Source: an uncultured Actinomycetes bacterium (lineage in GTDB: Bacteria > Actinomycetota > Thermoleophilia > Gaiellales > JAICJC01). Taken from it: DNA of 64,000 nt. How positions within the stretch are numbered: the first letter of the stretch is position 1; each line of letters begins with the position of its first letter. The position numbers and the translations under genes were made by a program. The notes under the pieces were generated by a model. The model saw only the letters and a list, made by a program, of their open reading frames with translations, was not told where the DNA came from and searched no databases. Below are positions 33,316-41,933 of the stretch, piece after piece. The stretch covers positions 612,144 to 676,143 of the forward strand of contig CAWJLQ010000008.1 of NCBI GenBank assembly GCA_963843705.1. The letters are read 5' to 3'.

Positions 33316-35810
33316 AGGCTGTCGTCATGGCGGGCGGCGAAGGCACCCGCCTGCGGCCGCTGACGTCCAATCAGCCCAAGCCGATGGTGCCCGTCGCCGG
33401 GAAGCCCTGCATGCAGCACATCATCGAGCTGCTGCGCCGCCACGGGATGACCGACATCGTCGTGACGGTCGCGTACCTGCCGCAGGTGATCCGCGGCTAC
33501 TTCGACGACGGCGGCGCGCTCGGTGTGGAGCTGCACTACTCGGTCGAGGAGCGCCCGCTCGGCACCGCCGGCAGCGTCAAGAACGCGGAGGAGCTGCTGG
33601 ACGACACGTTTCTGGTGATCTCCGGCGACGCGCTGTGCGACTTCGACCTGGACGCCCTCGTCGCCGCCCACCGTGAGCGCGGCGCCGCGGCCACGCTGGC
33701 GTTGAAGTCCGTCGACAACCCGCTCGAGTTCGGCGTCGTCATCATCGACGCCGACGGCCGGGTCGAGCGGTTCCTGGAGAAGCCGTCGTGGGGACAGGTG
33801 TTCTCGGACACGATCAACACGGGCGTCTATGTGCTCGAGCCCGACGTGCTGCGGGCGGTGCCGCCGGGGATGCCGTACGACTTCTCCAAGCAGCTCTTCC
33901 CCGACCTGCTCGAGCGGGGCAAGCCGATCCACGGCCACGTCGCCGAGGGCTACTGGCAGGACATCGGCAATCTCGACCAGTACCGGCAGGCGAACTACGA
34001 CGCGCTCGACGGCCGCGTCGAGCTGGAGCTCTCCGGGATCCGCCTGCGCGACAACGTGCTGCTGGGCGAAGGGGTGCAGCTGCCGGATCTCGAGCAGATC
34101 GACGGCCCCGCCTTTGTCGGCAACTTCTGCCAGATCGACGCCGGCGCCCGCATCGGCCCGTACACGGTGCTCGGGCCGAACGTGATCGTCAAGGAGGGCG
34201 CGACCGTCGTTCGCAGCATGGTCGACTCGGGCAGCTACGTCGGCCGCAGCGCCCGCCTGGAGGGCACGATCCTGGGCAAGGGTGTCGACGTGCGCGCCCA
34301 CGCCGTCCTGAACGACGGCGTCGCGGTCGGTGACGAATGCTCGATCGGCGCCGAGGCCACGCTCGCGCCCGGCATCAAGGTGTACCCGTTCAAGACGATC
34401 GAGGCCGGGGCCGCAATCCACACCAATCTGATCTGGGAGTCGCGTGGCATCACGACCCTGTTCGGGCGCGACGGAGTGACCGGGCTCGTGAACGTCGACA
34501 TCACGTCAGAGGCGGCGGCCCGGCTCGGTGTGGCCTACGGGACGACCCTCCCCCGCGGCGCCCGGGTCGTCTGCAGCCGCGATGCGCATCCATCGTCGAG
34601 GATGGTGAAGCGGGCCATGATCGCCGGGCTCGTGTCGACCGGCGTGCAGGTGGCCGACCTGCGGGTGGCGCCGCCGACGGTGAACCGGCACGAGCTGAAG
34701 GTGGGGGAGCGGGCCGGCGGGCTCCACGTCCGGGTCGCGGCCGACGATCCCGACCTCATCCAGATCAGCTTCTTCGCGCCTCCGGGCATCCTGGTGGCCG
34801 GAGGGGATCTGAAGGTGATCGAGCAGACGTACTCCCGTCAGGAGTTCCGCCGGGTCAGCCCGGCCGAGATCGGATCGCTGACGTATCCGGCGCGGGCGAC
34901 GGAGAGCTATGTGCAGGAGCTGCTGGAGACGCTTGACCGGGAGGCCATCCGTGCGCGCGGGTTCCGGATCGTCCTGAACTATGGGCTCTCCGCGGCGGCG
35001 CTCGTCGTCCCCTCGCTGATCGGGGAGCTGGGAGTCGAGCTGGTTGCGCTGGAAGCGTTCGTGGACGCCTCGACCACCCCGCGCCAGATCGACCGGGAGC
35101 GCGCCCTGGACGACACCGCCGCCCTCGTGCGAGCCGTCGGCGCGGACATGGGGGTGGTCATCGACAACCCGGCCGAGCGCATGTGGCTGATCGACGAGCA
35201 CAGCCGCCGGATCGCCCCCGAGACCGCCTTGCTGCTGTTCATCCGCGAGCTGGCGGGGTCCAACGGCGGCGGCCGCCTGCTGGTGCCGATCAACGAGTCG
35301 CGCATGGTCGAGCAGATCGCCGACGGCCATGCGCTGCGCGTCGAGCGCACGAAGGCGGCGCTCGGCGACCTGCTCGCCGCCGCCGCCGCCGGCGACGTCG
35401 TCTTCGCCGGCGCATCGGGCGGGGGCTACGTGTTCCCGGAGTTCCTGCCCGCCTACGACGCCGTGATGTCGCTGGGCAAGCTGCTGGAGCTCGTGGCGCG
35501 GTCCGGCCGGGCGCTGTCGGAGCTCGTGGCCGACCTCCCGCAGAGCACGCTCGTGCACGTGCGCGAGCCGTGCCCGTGGTCGGCCAAGGGCCTGGCGATG
35601 CGACAGCTGATCGAGGCCGTCAAGGGCATGGACGTCGACAACCTGGACGGCATCAAGGTGTTCGAGCCCGAGGGCTGGGTGCAGGTGCTACCGGACCCGG
35701 ACGAGCCGGTGTTTCACGTCTACGCCGAGGGCGACTCGCTGGAGGACTCCCACCGGTTGGAGGAGAAGTACCGCTCGCTGCTCGACGGCTTCGTCTCGGC
35801 CACCGCCTGA
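33312..35810 (+). CDS. Nucleotidyltransferase / left-handed beta-helix / phosphohexomutase fusion (ManC-like, 832 aa)
   Basis: GTG 33312 overlaps the upstream stop (GTGA). It has an N-terminal sugar-1-P NTP-transferase ([21 protein letters not shown]), hexapeptide repeats, and a C-terminal PGM/PMM-like half. The adjacency to a CDP-alcohol transferase resembles the Streptomyces cls/manC pair, from memory. Confidence 0.8.
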   Translation: MKAVVMAGGEGTRLRPLTSNQPKPMVPVAGKPCMQHIIELLRRHGMTDIVVTVAYLPQVIRGYFDDGGALGVELHYSVEERPLGTAGSVKNAEELLDDTFLVISGDALCDFDLDALVAAHRERGAAATLALKSVDNPLEFGVVIIDADGRVERFLEKPSWGQVFSDTINTGVYVLEPDVLRAVPPGMPYDFSKQLFPDLLERGKPIHGHVAEGYWQDIGNLDQYRQANYDALDGRVELELSGIRLRDNVLLGEGVQLPDLEQIDGPAFVGNFCQIDAGARIGPYTVLGPNVIVKEGATVVRSMVDSGSYVGRSARLEGTILGKGVDVRAHAVLNDGVAVGDECSIGAEATLAPGIKVYPFKTIEAGAAIHTNLIWESRGITTLFGRDGVTGLVNVDITSEAAARLGVAYGTTLPRGARVVCSRDAHPSSRMVKRAMIAGLVSTGVQVADLRVAPPTVNRHELKVGERAGGLHVRVAADDPDLIQISFFAPPGILVAGGDLKVIEQTYSRQEFRRVSPAEIGSLTYPARATESYVQELLETLDREAIRARGFRIVLNYGLSAAALVVPSLIGELGVELVALEAFVDASTTPRQIDRERALDDTAALVRAVGADMGVVIDNPAERMWLIDEHSRRIAPETALLLFIRELAGSNGGGRLLVPINESRMVEQIADGHALRVERTKAALGDLLAAAAAGDVVFAGASGGGYVFPEFLPAYDAVMSLGKLLELVARSGRALSELVADLPQSTLVHVREPCPWSAKGLAMRQLIEAVKGMDVDNLDGIKVFEPEGWVQVLPDPDEPVFHVYAEGDSLEDSHRLEEKYRSLLDGFVSATA

Positions 35811-35895
35811 CGACGCTGCGGGCAAACCCTCAACCACAACTTGAGGAACGGTCCGAGGCCGTCTAGACTTCGGCCGTCGACCTGCGACGAAACGG

Positions 35896-36186
35896 ATGCT
35901 GCCAATGGACGTCCTGCCCGACTTCACCACCATCTCCGACGACGAGCTGAAGGCCCTGATCGAGCGCTACGTGCGTGAGGAGGAGGAGGTCTCCTACCGG
36001 CGGCGGCTGCTGCACGGGAAGATCGACATCCTCCGCGCCGAGCTTGTCGACCGGGTCAAGCGGCGCGCCTCGGGGTCGTCGACCCCCCTGTCGGAGATCG
36101 ACATCGACCGGCTGACCGACATCCTCGCCCACCGCGGCCCGCCGCCGGGTCTCGAGGACGAGCACGGGTCACCGCCGGGGGCGTGA
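35896..36186 (+). CDS. Small helical protein with an RsiG-like c-di-GMP-binding-type motif
   Basis: MLPMDVLPDFTTISDDELKALIERYVREEEEVSYRRRLLHGKIDILRAEL contains E29-x3-S33-x2-R36-x3-H40-x3-D44. The RsiG motif, as I recall it, is E-x3-S-x2-R-x3-Q-x3-D. Confidence 0.5.
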   Translation: MLPMDVLPDFTTISDDELKALIERYVREEEEVSYRRRLLHGKIDILRAELVDRVKRRASGSSTPLSEIDIDRLTDILAHRGPPPGLEDEHGSPPGA

Positions 36187-36244
36187 GGGCGGCCCTGCGG
36201 ATGCCCGATTTCCGGCGCCGGCGACCATCCGGGGGCCGGTAGGC

Positions 36245-36700
36245 ATGTCCTACTGCCCGGAGTGCGGTCACCACAACCGCGAGTCGGCCCGCTTCTGCGG
36301 CCGCTGCGGCGCGAGCCTGCTCGAGCCCGACGCCGGCGAGCCGACGCAGGCGTTTGCGGCCTACGTCGAGGACGAGGGCGAGGAGGCGGGCGACGAGACG
36401 GAGGGCGCGGTGCTCGTGATCCGCGTCGGCGGGGGGCGGGCGGGCGAGCAGTTCCGCATCGACGCCGACAAGATGGCGATCGGCCGTGCGCCGACCGCCG
36501 GCGTGTTCCTCGACGACATCACCGTCTCCCGCGAGCATGCCATCCTCGAGCGGCGCGCCGACGGCCTGCACCTGTCGGACGCCGGCAGCCTGAACGGCAC
36601 CTACGTGAACCGCCAGCGCATCGAGAGCGTGCGCCTGGCCGACGGCGACGAGGTCCAGATCGGCAAGTACCGGCTCACCTACATCGAACGGGGGGCGTGA
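36245..36700 (+). CDS. garA: GarA/OdhI-like FHA-domain regulator with an N-terminal zinc ribbon
   Basis: The FHA region is near-colinear with M. tuberculosis GarA as I remember it (VFLDDITVSREHA, GSLNGTYVNR, GDEVQIGKYRL). EPTQAF sits where GarA has ETTSVF. The N-terminus adds CPECG-x11-CGRCG. Confidence 0.8.
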   Translation: MSYCPECGHHNRESARFCGRCGASLLEPDAGEPTQAFAAYVEDEGEEAGDETEGAVLVIRVGGGRAGEQFRIDADKMAIGRAPTAGVFLDDITVSREHAILERRADGLHLSDAGSLNGTYVNRQRIESVRLADGDEVQIGKYRLTYIERGA

Positions 36701-36701
36701 G

Positions 36702-37391
36702 ATGTCCGCCGAGGCCACAGAGGGGCGCAGCGCCTCCCGGCTGACGATCGGGACGGTGTGCAAGTCGCTGCAGGAGGAGTTCCCCGACATCTCGATCTCG
36801 AAGATCCGGTTCCTGGAGGACCAGCGCCTGATCACGCCCCGGCGCACGCCCGGCGGCTACCGCCTCTACGGCGAGGAGGACGTCGAGCAGTTGCGCGCCA
36901 TCCTGCGCATGCAGCGCGACGAGTTCCTGCCGCTGCGCGTCATCCGCCAGGTCATCGCCCAGGGCCGGTCGGCCGCAGGCACAGGCCGGCGGCCGCGGCT
37001 CGTGGGCGGCGTGGAGGACCGGCTCACCTTCGACCAGCTGCTCGCCGCGACGGATGCCGACCCGCTGTTCGTCCGCGAGCTGGAGGAGTTCCAGCTGGTC
37101 GAACGGCACGCGAGCGAGTCCGATGCCGTCTTCACCCGCGCCGACGTCGAGATCGTCATCCTGTGCCAGCGGCTGGCGCGCTACGGGGTCGCCGCCCGGC
37201 ACCTGAAGGCGTTCCGCTCCGCCGTCGAGCGCGAGGCGGGCCTGCTCGAGCAGATCCTTGCGCCGGCGCTGCGCTCCCACAACCCGGATCGCCGCGAGGC
37301 CGGCCTGCAGGAGCTCGAGGCGCTTGCCGAGCTGACGAGCCAACTCGCCCACCTGCTGCTCGTGCGCGACCTGCGCGACCTCGCCCGGTAG
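36702..37391 (+). CDS. MerR family transcriptional regulator (FtsR-like position after garA)
   Basis: Has the HTH TIGTVCKSLQEEFPDISISKIRFLEDQRLITPRRTPGGYRLY. A second MerR-like repeat is present in the C-terminal half (FTRADVEIVILCQRLARYG). Confidence 0.85.
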   Translation: MSAEATEGRSASRLTIGTVCKSLQEEFPDISISKIRFLEDQRLITPRRTPGGYRLYGEEDVEQLRAILRMQRDEFLPLRVIRQVIAQGRSAAGTGRRPRLVGGVEDRLTFDQLLAATDADPLFVRELEEFQLVERHASESDAVFTRADVEIVILCQRLARYGVAARHLKAFRSAVEREAGLLEQILAPALRSHNPDRREAGLQELEALAELTSQLAHLLLVRDLRDLAR

Positions 37392-37431
37392 GTTGCCACC
37401 CGTCCCGGCCGGGTATGTAAGCTCGGACACG

Positions 37432-37644
37432 ATGACGGACGCCGGCACCTGCGCATTCCCGGAGTGCGCCCAGCCGCATGACGGCGGCGACCTGCCCTTC
37501 TGCCCCGAGCATCGCACGCTGCTCCTTGACGACCCGGGCGAGTTCCGGCGGCGTTGGGGCGCCCTCGACCCGCGGCCGGGCGCGGAGCGCCCCTATCTGC
37601 CGCGGCACATGGGGGGCACCGCGACCGACCCCGACGACGCCTGA
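37432..37644 (+). CDS. Hypothetical small Cys/His protein (70 aa)
   Basis: MTDAGTCAFPECAQPHDGGDLPFCPEHRTLL has a CxxxxC...CPEH pattern suggesting a small zinc-binding fold. No family recognised. Confidence 0.4.
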   Translation: MTDAGTCAFPECAQPHDGGDLPFCPEHRTLLLDDPGEFRRRWGALDPRPGAERPYLPRHMGGTATDPDDA

Positions 37645-37647
37645 GCG

Positions 37648-38178
37648 CTACTCCGACTCGTACTGCACGAGCGAGTGGACGTCGTAGCCGTAGAGCTTGT
37701 CGCGGCCGTTCAGGAACCTCAGCTCGACGACGAACGCCAGCCCGACCACCTTCGCTCCCAGCTGCTCGACCAGATCGATCTTCGCCCGTGCGGTGCCGCC
37801 GGTCGCGAGCAGGTCGTCGTGAATCAGGACGCGGGCGCCGCGGATGAGGGCGTCGACGTGCATCTCGAGCGCGTCGAACCCGTACTCGAGCGCGTACTTC
37901 GCGCCGACGGTCAGGAACGGCAGCTTGCCCGGCTTGCGCGCCGCCGCGAACCCGCAGCCGAGGCGGTACGCCATGGCCGCGCCGAGGATGAACCCGCGCG
38001 CCTCGGCGCCGACCACGATGTCGACGTTGCGCGGCTCGGCCCACTCGGCCAGGTCGTCGACGGCCTGCCGCAGGGCGGCGGCATCCGCCAGAAGCGGCAT
38101 GATGTCCTTGAAGACGATCCCCGGTTTGGGAAAATCGGGGACATCGCGGATGCGGGAACGGAGATCGATGTGCGGCAT
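37648..38178 (-). CDS. apt: Adenine phosphoribosyltransferase
   Basis: MPHIDLRSRIRDVPDFPKPGIVFKDI..., EARGF, and the PRPP loop VLIHDDLLATGGTA. Start is ATG 38178 inside tracked ORF 37648..38235. Confidence 0.92.
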   Translation of the reverse strand: MPHIDLRSRIRDVPDFPKPGIVFKDIMPLLADAAALRQAVDDLAEWAEPRNVDIVVGAEARGFILGAAMAYRLGCGFAAARKPGKLPFLTVGAKYALEYGFDALEMHVDALIRGARVLIHDDLLATGGTARAKIDLVEQLGAKVVGLAFVVELRFLNGRDKLYGYDVHSLVQYESE

Positions 38179-38233
38179 TCGGCGCGGCGATGCTAACACG
38201 GAGCGCCGAAACGGTCGATAGACCGGGGGACCC

Positions 38234-38851
38234 ATGTATGACGTGTTGCGAGCGGCGTATCGTTTTCACTGTCCTCGCCGCCCCGGGGGCGAGCTGACCC
38301 GCGTCGCGCTGTCGTCGTTCCGGCTGCTCGAGCGGCTCCCGGGAGCCGCCCATCCGGCCGTCTTCCGGGTGGAGTACGACTGCCAGTGTGGCGACCGCCA
38401 TCAGGGCCTCGTGTCACATGCCGACCTCGACTACGGGCCCCTGCACCCGGTCGAGATCGAGTTCCGCAACCTGCTCACGGGGCGCACCGAGCCCGTCGGC
38501 GACGAGCTGGCCGAGCTCGCCCGCATGCACGTCCAGCGCGGCAACTGGCCGTGGCGGCTGTACTGCTCGCCCGAGTCTCGCCTGCGGCCGGTGTGGCCGT
38601 CGAACCTGGCGATGGTCGCGCCGGCCGGCGAGGGCCGCGACGACGTCCTGGGCGTGGCGATGAGCTGCCCCGCCTGCGGCGAGCTGTCCCTGAACCTCGT
38701 GAGCGGCGCCCACCTGGACGTGCCGTTCTACCACGACCGGGTCGTCCGCTATGTCGAGCGGCCGTTCGGCGACGCGCGCGACCTCACCGTGGAGGGCTTC
38801 CACCACCAGCTGCACTCCGCCCGGTTCGACGTCGAGCGGGCGGATCTCTAG
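38234..38851 (+). CDS. Hypothetical protein with Cys/His clusters
   Basis: The tracked ORF contains the clusters FHCP, YDCQCGDRH and MSCPACGE. No family recognised. Confidence 0.55.
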   Translation: MYDVLRAAYRFHCPRRPGGELTRVALSSFRLLERLPGAAHPAVFRVEYDCQCGDRHQGLVSHADLDYGPLHPVEIEFRNLLTGRTEPVGDELAELARMHVQRGNWPWRLYCSPESRLRPVWPSNLAMVAPAGEGRDDVLGVAMSCPACGELSLNLVSGAHLDVPFYHDRVVRYVERPFGDARDLTVEGFHHQLHSARFDVERADL

Positions 38852-38855
38852 GCGG

Positions 38856-39185
38856 TTACTCCGGAAGGTCGAGCTGGACGGCTCCGGACGAGGAGCCCGG
38901 TCGTGGCCGTCGAGGTTCTCGGACACCGCGCTGCTCGCCGCCGTTCCCGCCGCCCTCGCGCCCGGTGGGCGACGGAGCAACCTCGTGGAGCACCAGTGGC
39001 CACCGCCACCAGCGCCCCGGCTCGCGCACGACATCCCAGCACACACCGGGCAGCCCCGGCAGCTTCGCTCGTCGCGCCGCGCGGTCGGCCTCGGCCATCG
39101 CCTCCTCGAACGTGTCGAAGCGGGCAACCACCTCGCCGAGCGGGTTGCGGACGCAGTAGCGGCGGATGGTCTGCGCCTCAGCCAC
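38856..39185 (-). CDS. Hypothetical protein
   Basis: In the tracked ORF, the N-terminal 60 aa look globular (MAEAQTIRRYCVRNPLGEVVARFDTFEEAMAEADRAARRA) and the tail is low complexity. Confidence 0.4.
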   Translation of the reverse strand: MAEAQTIRRYCVRNPLGEVVARFDTFEEAMAEADRAARRAKLPGLPGVCWDVVREPGRWWRWPLVLHEVAPSPTGREGGGNGGEQRGVREPRRPRPGSSSGAVQLDLPE

Positions 39186-39328
39186 GTGTCAAGGATAGGC
39201 CCGCCGCGGTCAGCCGGCGACACGCTCGCCGGCCCGCGGCGGAGCGGGGGCGGGGGAGACGACGGCGATCGCCGCCGCCGCGACACCACGCGCGCGGCCG
39301 GGAACCTCCCGGCGGCGGCGGACGAAAC

Positions 39329-41470
39329 TCAGCGCGACCAGAAGCTCAGCCGGCGGGCGGCGCCGGACGACTCGCCGTCGCCGTCGCCTGTCGCCGGTGC
39401 CGTGGCGGCCGGCTCCGGATCGGGATCGGCCGGCAACGGCGCCGACACGCCCTGCTGGAGCTTGCGGGCATAGAGCTCGAGATCGGCCTCGCGCCGCTGC
39501 AGCATCGCCTGCTGCTCGGCCAGCCGGCGCTCCTGCGCCTGAAGCTGCGCCTCGCGGCTCTTGACGGCGGCGTGCGCCTGGCCGAGCTTGCCGGCGTCGC
39601 GCCCGGAGACGCCGTTCTCGGCGGCGGCCCGCACCGCGTCCTCGAGCTCCTCGCGTGCGGTGTTCTCACGGGCCTCGATCTCGGCCATCCGCCGTTGGAG
39701 GACGGCGCGCTCGCGGTCGACCGCCTCCTCGGCGTCGGCCAGCGCGGCGCGCTGCGCGTCGAGCTCGGCCTCGATCCGGTCGGCGCGCACCGTCAGCCTG
39801 GCGACGTCGGCCTCGCGCTCCTGCAGCTGGGCGTCGCGCAGCTCCATGCCGTCGTGGCGGGTGTCGAGCTCGCGCTCGCGCGCATCCAGCGAGTCCTGGC
39901 GGCGGTCGAGGCGGCTCTCGCGCCGCTCGATGTCGCTCTCGGCGGTCACCAGCCGCGACTCGCGCTGGCGCAGGTCGGCGGCCAGCCGCTCGACCTCGAC
40001 CGCGGCGCGCGCTTCGGCCTCGGCGATGGCGCGGTCGGCCTGCTCGTGCAGGCGCGCGGCCTCGGCCTGGAGCTTCTCGGCGGCGACCCGGGAGGCGGAC
40101 ACCTCACGCTCGTCGTCCTCGACCCGCTGCCGGCGCAGCTCGACGTCGGCGATGCGCTCGTCGACGCCGTCCAGGCGCTTCTCCATCTCGGCCAGCTCGG
40201 CCATCCGCTCGTCCGTGTGCGTGCGCTCGGTGACGAGCCGTTCGCGCTCGGCCGCGGCGACCTGGGCCGCCTCCTCGGCGCGGGTGCGGGCCTCGTCGAG
40301 GCGCGCCAGCTCCGCCTCGCGATCGGCGAGCTCCCGTGTGTGCGCCTCGAGCGCCGCCTCACGGGCGGCAACGTCGGCGGTCGCAGTCGCGACGGCGGCC
40401 GCCGCCTGCTCGACCTCGACCAGCTTGGCGTCCACCTGCGCCAGCGCCTGCTCGCGCTCGGCGAGCGCGGCGAACCTATCCTCGACCTCGGCCGCACGGC
40501 GCTCCGCGTCGGCGTGCACGGACGCGACCCGCTCCTGGGTCTCGGCCAGCATCGACTCGCGCTCTGCGGCCGCAGCCGACGCCTCCTCGAGCTGGGCCTG
40601 GCGGGCGGCCAGCTCGTCGAGCGACCGGGCCAGGTCGGCCTCGCGCGCATCGACCGCCGCCAGACGGGCCGACGACTCCTCGGTCAGGGCGGCGGCAGCG
40701 GTCTCGCGCTCCGCAACGGCGGCCTGCGCCTCGCGGACGGCTTTCTCGCCGGCCTCGAGGGCCTCCGCGCGCTGCTCGAGGTCGGCGCGCAGGGCGTCCA
40801 CCGAAAGCTCCTTCTGCGTGAGCACCTTCTCGACCTTCTTCGCGCGATGCTCGCGGTCGTCCAGCTCCGCCGAGCGGGTGATCAGGCCCGCCTCCTGTTC
40901 GGCCAGCGCCGCCGAACCGAGCGCGCCGCGCTCACGCAGCTGCTCCACGAGACCGTCGCGTTCGTGCGCGACCTGTCCGCGCAGGTGCTGCTCGTGCTCG
41001 ACCTGGCGCCGGAGGGAGGTGAGATCGTCCTGCAGCGCGGCCGCCTGCTGCTCGTGCACGGCCACGCGCTCGGCCACGATGGCGTCGATGTCGACGTCGC
41101 CCGCGTGCGCAGGCTCGGCCTCGCGCTGCGCGAGCGCCTGTTCGCGCGCGTCCAGGTCCGCCGTCCGGCGGATGAGCTCGGCCTCGAGCTCGGCGAGGCG
41201 GGCGCGCTCGTCCTCGGAGTCGGCGCCGACGTGTGAGGAGGCGATGCCCTCGCTGACGGCCACCGCCGCCTCGCGCTTGGCCAGGTCGCGCTCGCGCCGG
41301 GCGAGGCGGGCCTCGCGCTCGGCGAAGACGACCTTGGCCTGCTCCTGGAGGGCGGACTGCTCGCGCTGCAGCCGCTCCTCGGCCTGGCGCAGCGACGTGA
41401 GGCGGTCCTCCATCGCGCGGCGCAGGCCGCTTGGCGTTTCGTCGTTCGCGGGCGTCCGGCCGTCACTCAT
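39329..41470 (-). CDS. Large coiled-coil protein (713 aa, Ala/Glu/Arg-rich)
   Basis: AGGAGAGG lies 8 nt upstream of ATG 41470. The sequence is an almost uninterrupted A/E/R/L/Q helical repeat (for example REAELARLDEARTRAEEAAQVAAAERERL). It has no TM segment and no enzymatic motif, and ends in RRLSFWSR. Confidence 0.75.
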   Translation of the reverse strand: MSDGRTPANDETPSGLRRAMEDRLTSLRQAEERLQREQSALQEQAKVVFAEREARLARRERDLAKREAAVAVSEGIASSHVGADSEDERARLAELEAELIRRTADLDAREQALAQREAEPAHAGDVDIDAIVAERVAVHEQQAAALQDDLTSLRRQVEHEQHLRGQVAHERDGLVEQLRERGALGSAALAEQEAGLITRSAELDDREHRAKKVEKVLTQKELSVDALRADLEQRAEALEAGEKAVREAQAAVAERETAAAALTEESSARLAAVDAREADLARSLDELAARQAQLEEASAAAAERESMLAETQERVASVHADAERRAAEVEDRFAALAEREQALAQVDAKLVEVEQAAAAVATATADVAAREAALEAHTRELADREAELARLDEARTRAEEAAQVAAAERERLVTERTHTDERMAELAEMEKRLDGVDERIADVELRRQRVEDDEREVSASRVAAEKLQAEAARLHEQADRAIAEAEARAAVEVERLAADLRQRESRLVTAESDIERRESRLDRRQDSLDARERELDTRHDGMELRDAQLQEREADVARLTVRADRIEAELDAQRAALADAEEAVDRERAVLQRRMAEIEARENTAREELEDAVRAAAENGVSGRDAGKLGQAHAAVKSREAQLQAQERRLAEQQAMLQRREADLELYARKLQQGVSAPLPADPDPEPAATAPATGDGDGESSGAARRLSFWSR

Positions 41471-41672
41471 GTGCTGGTACCTCTCCTGGTGGAGTCTGCG
41501 AGGCCGTTGGCTGGAGCACGAGCCTTCGGCAGGGCGTTCGGCGGGCCGCCGTCGTATCCGAGGATGGGTATCGGCGATCGAGGCCCGTTGCTTGAGTGTC
41601 CGTGTGCCGCGCGAGGGCCGTCAAGATGCGGACGCCTGCGGGATCGCAGGACGGGGCGGCGGGTCGTTAACG

Positions 41673-41724
41673 CGCCGCGCCCCTGCACGACGGTGGCGAA
41701 CGACCGTCCTCCAGGGGCGCGGCG
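41673..41724. other. Two-tier GC-rich hairpin in a 463-bp divergent intergenic region
   Basis: CGCCGCGCCCCTG (41673-41685) pairs with CAGGGGCGCGGCG (41712-41724). An inner stem GACGGT/ACCGTC is also present. Confidence 0.5.
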
Positions 41725-41933
41725 AGAACCTGTCGGCTTGTCGGAGATCCCGCCGATGTGGTTTGACAATCAGGAAACTCGTCCTAACCAAACCGGCTTG
41801 AGATGTCGATAAGCCGTTGAGAACCCGTCTGATTTACCAACCCTTGATCGGCATTTCGATCCCCCTTCGCTGATCCAGTACCCCGAACGAGGGGCACTAT
41901 AGCCCCTCTGTCACGTGATGTCAAATAACCCGT

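Noticed and set aside
38903-41801. Several 700+ aa ORFs on the plus strand (38903..41236, 39561..41801) and other minus frames across the coiled-coil gene
   Set aside because: The repetitive GC-rich codon pattern (GCG/GAG/CGC) leaves all six frames open. Only the 39329..41470 minus frame has a Shine-Dalgarno, a coherent coiled-coil sequence and plausible termini.
41471-41933. c-di-GMP riboswitch upstream of the HD-GYP gene
   Set aside because: I could not find the conserved GEMM-I/II features (such as the GCAAA/ACGCAAAGC-type tetraloop-receptor segments). Only a generic GC hairpin is present.
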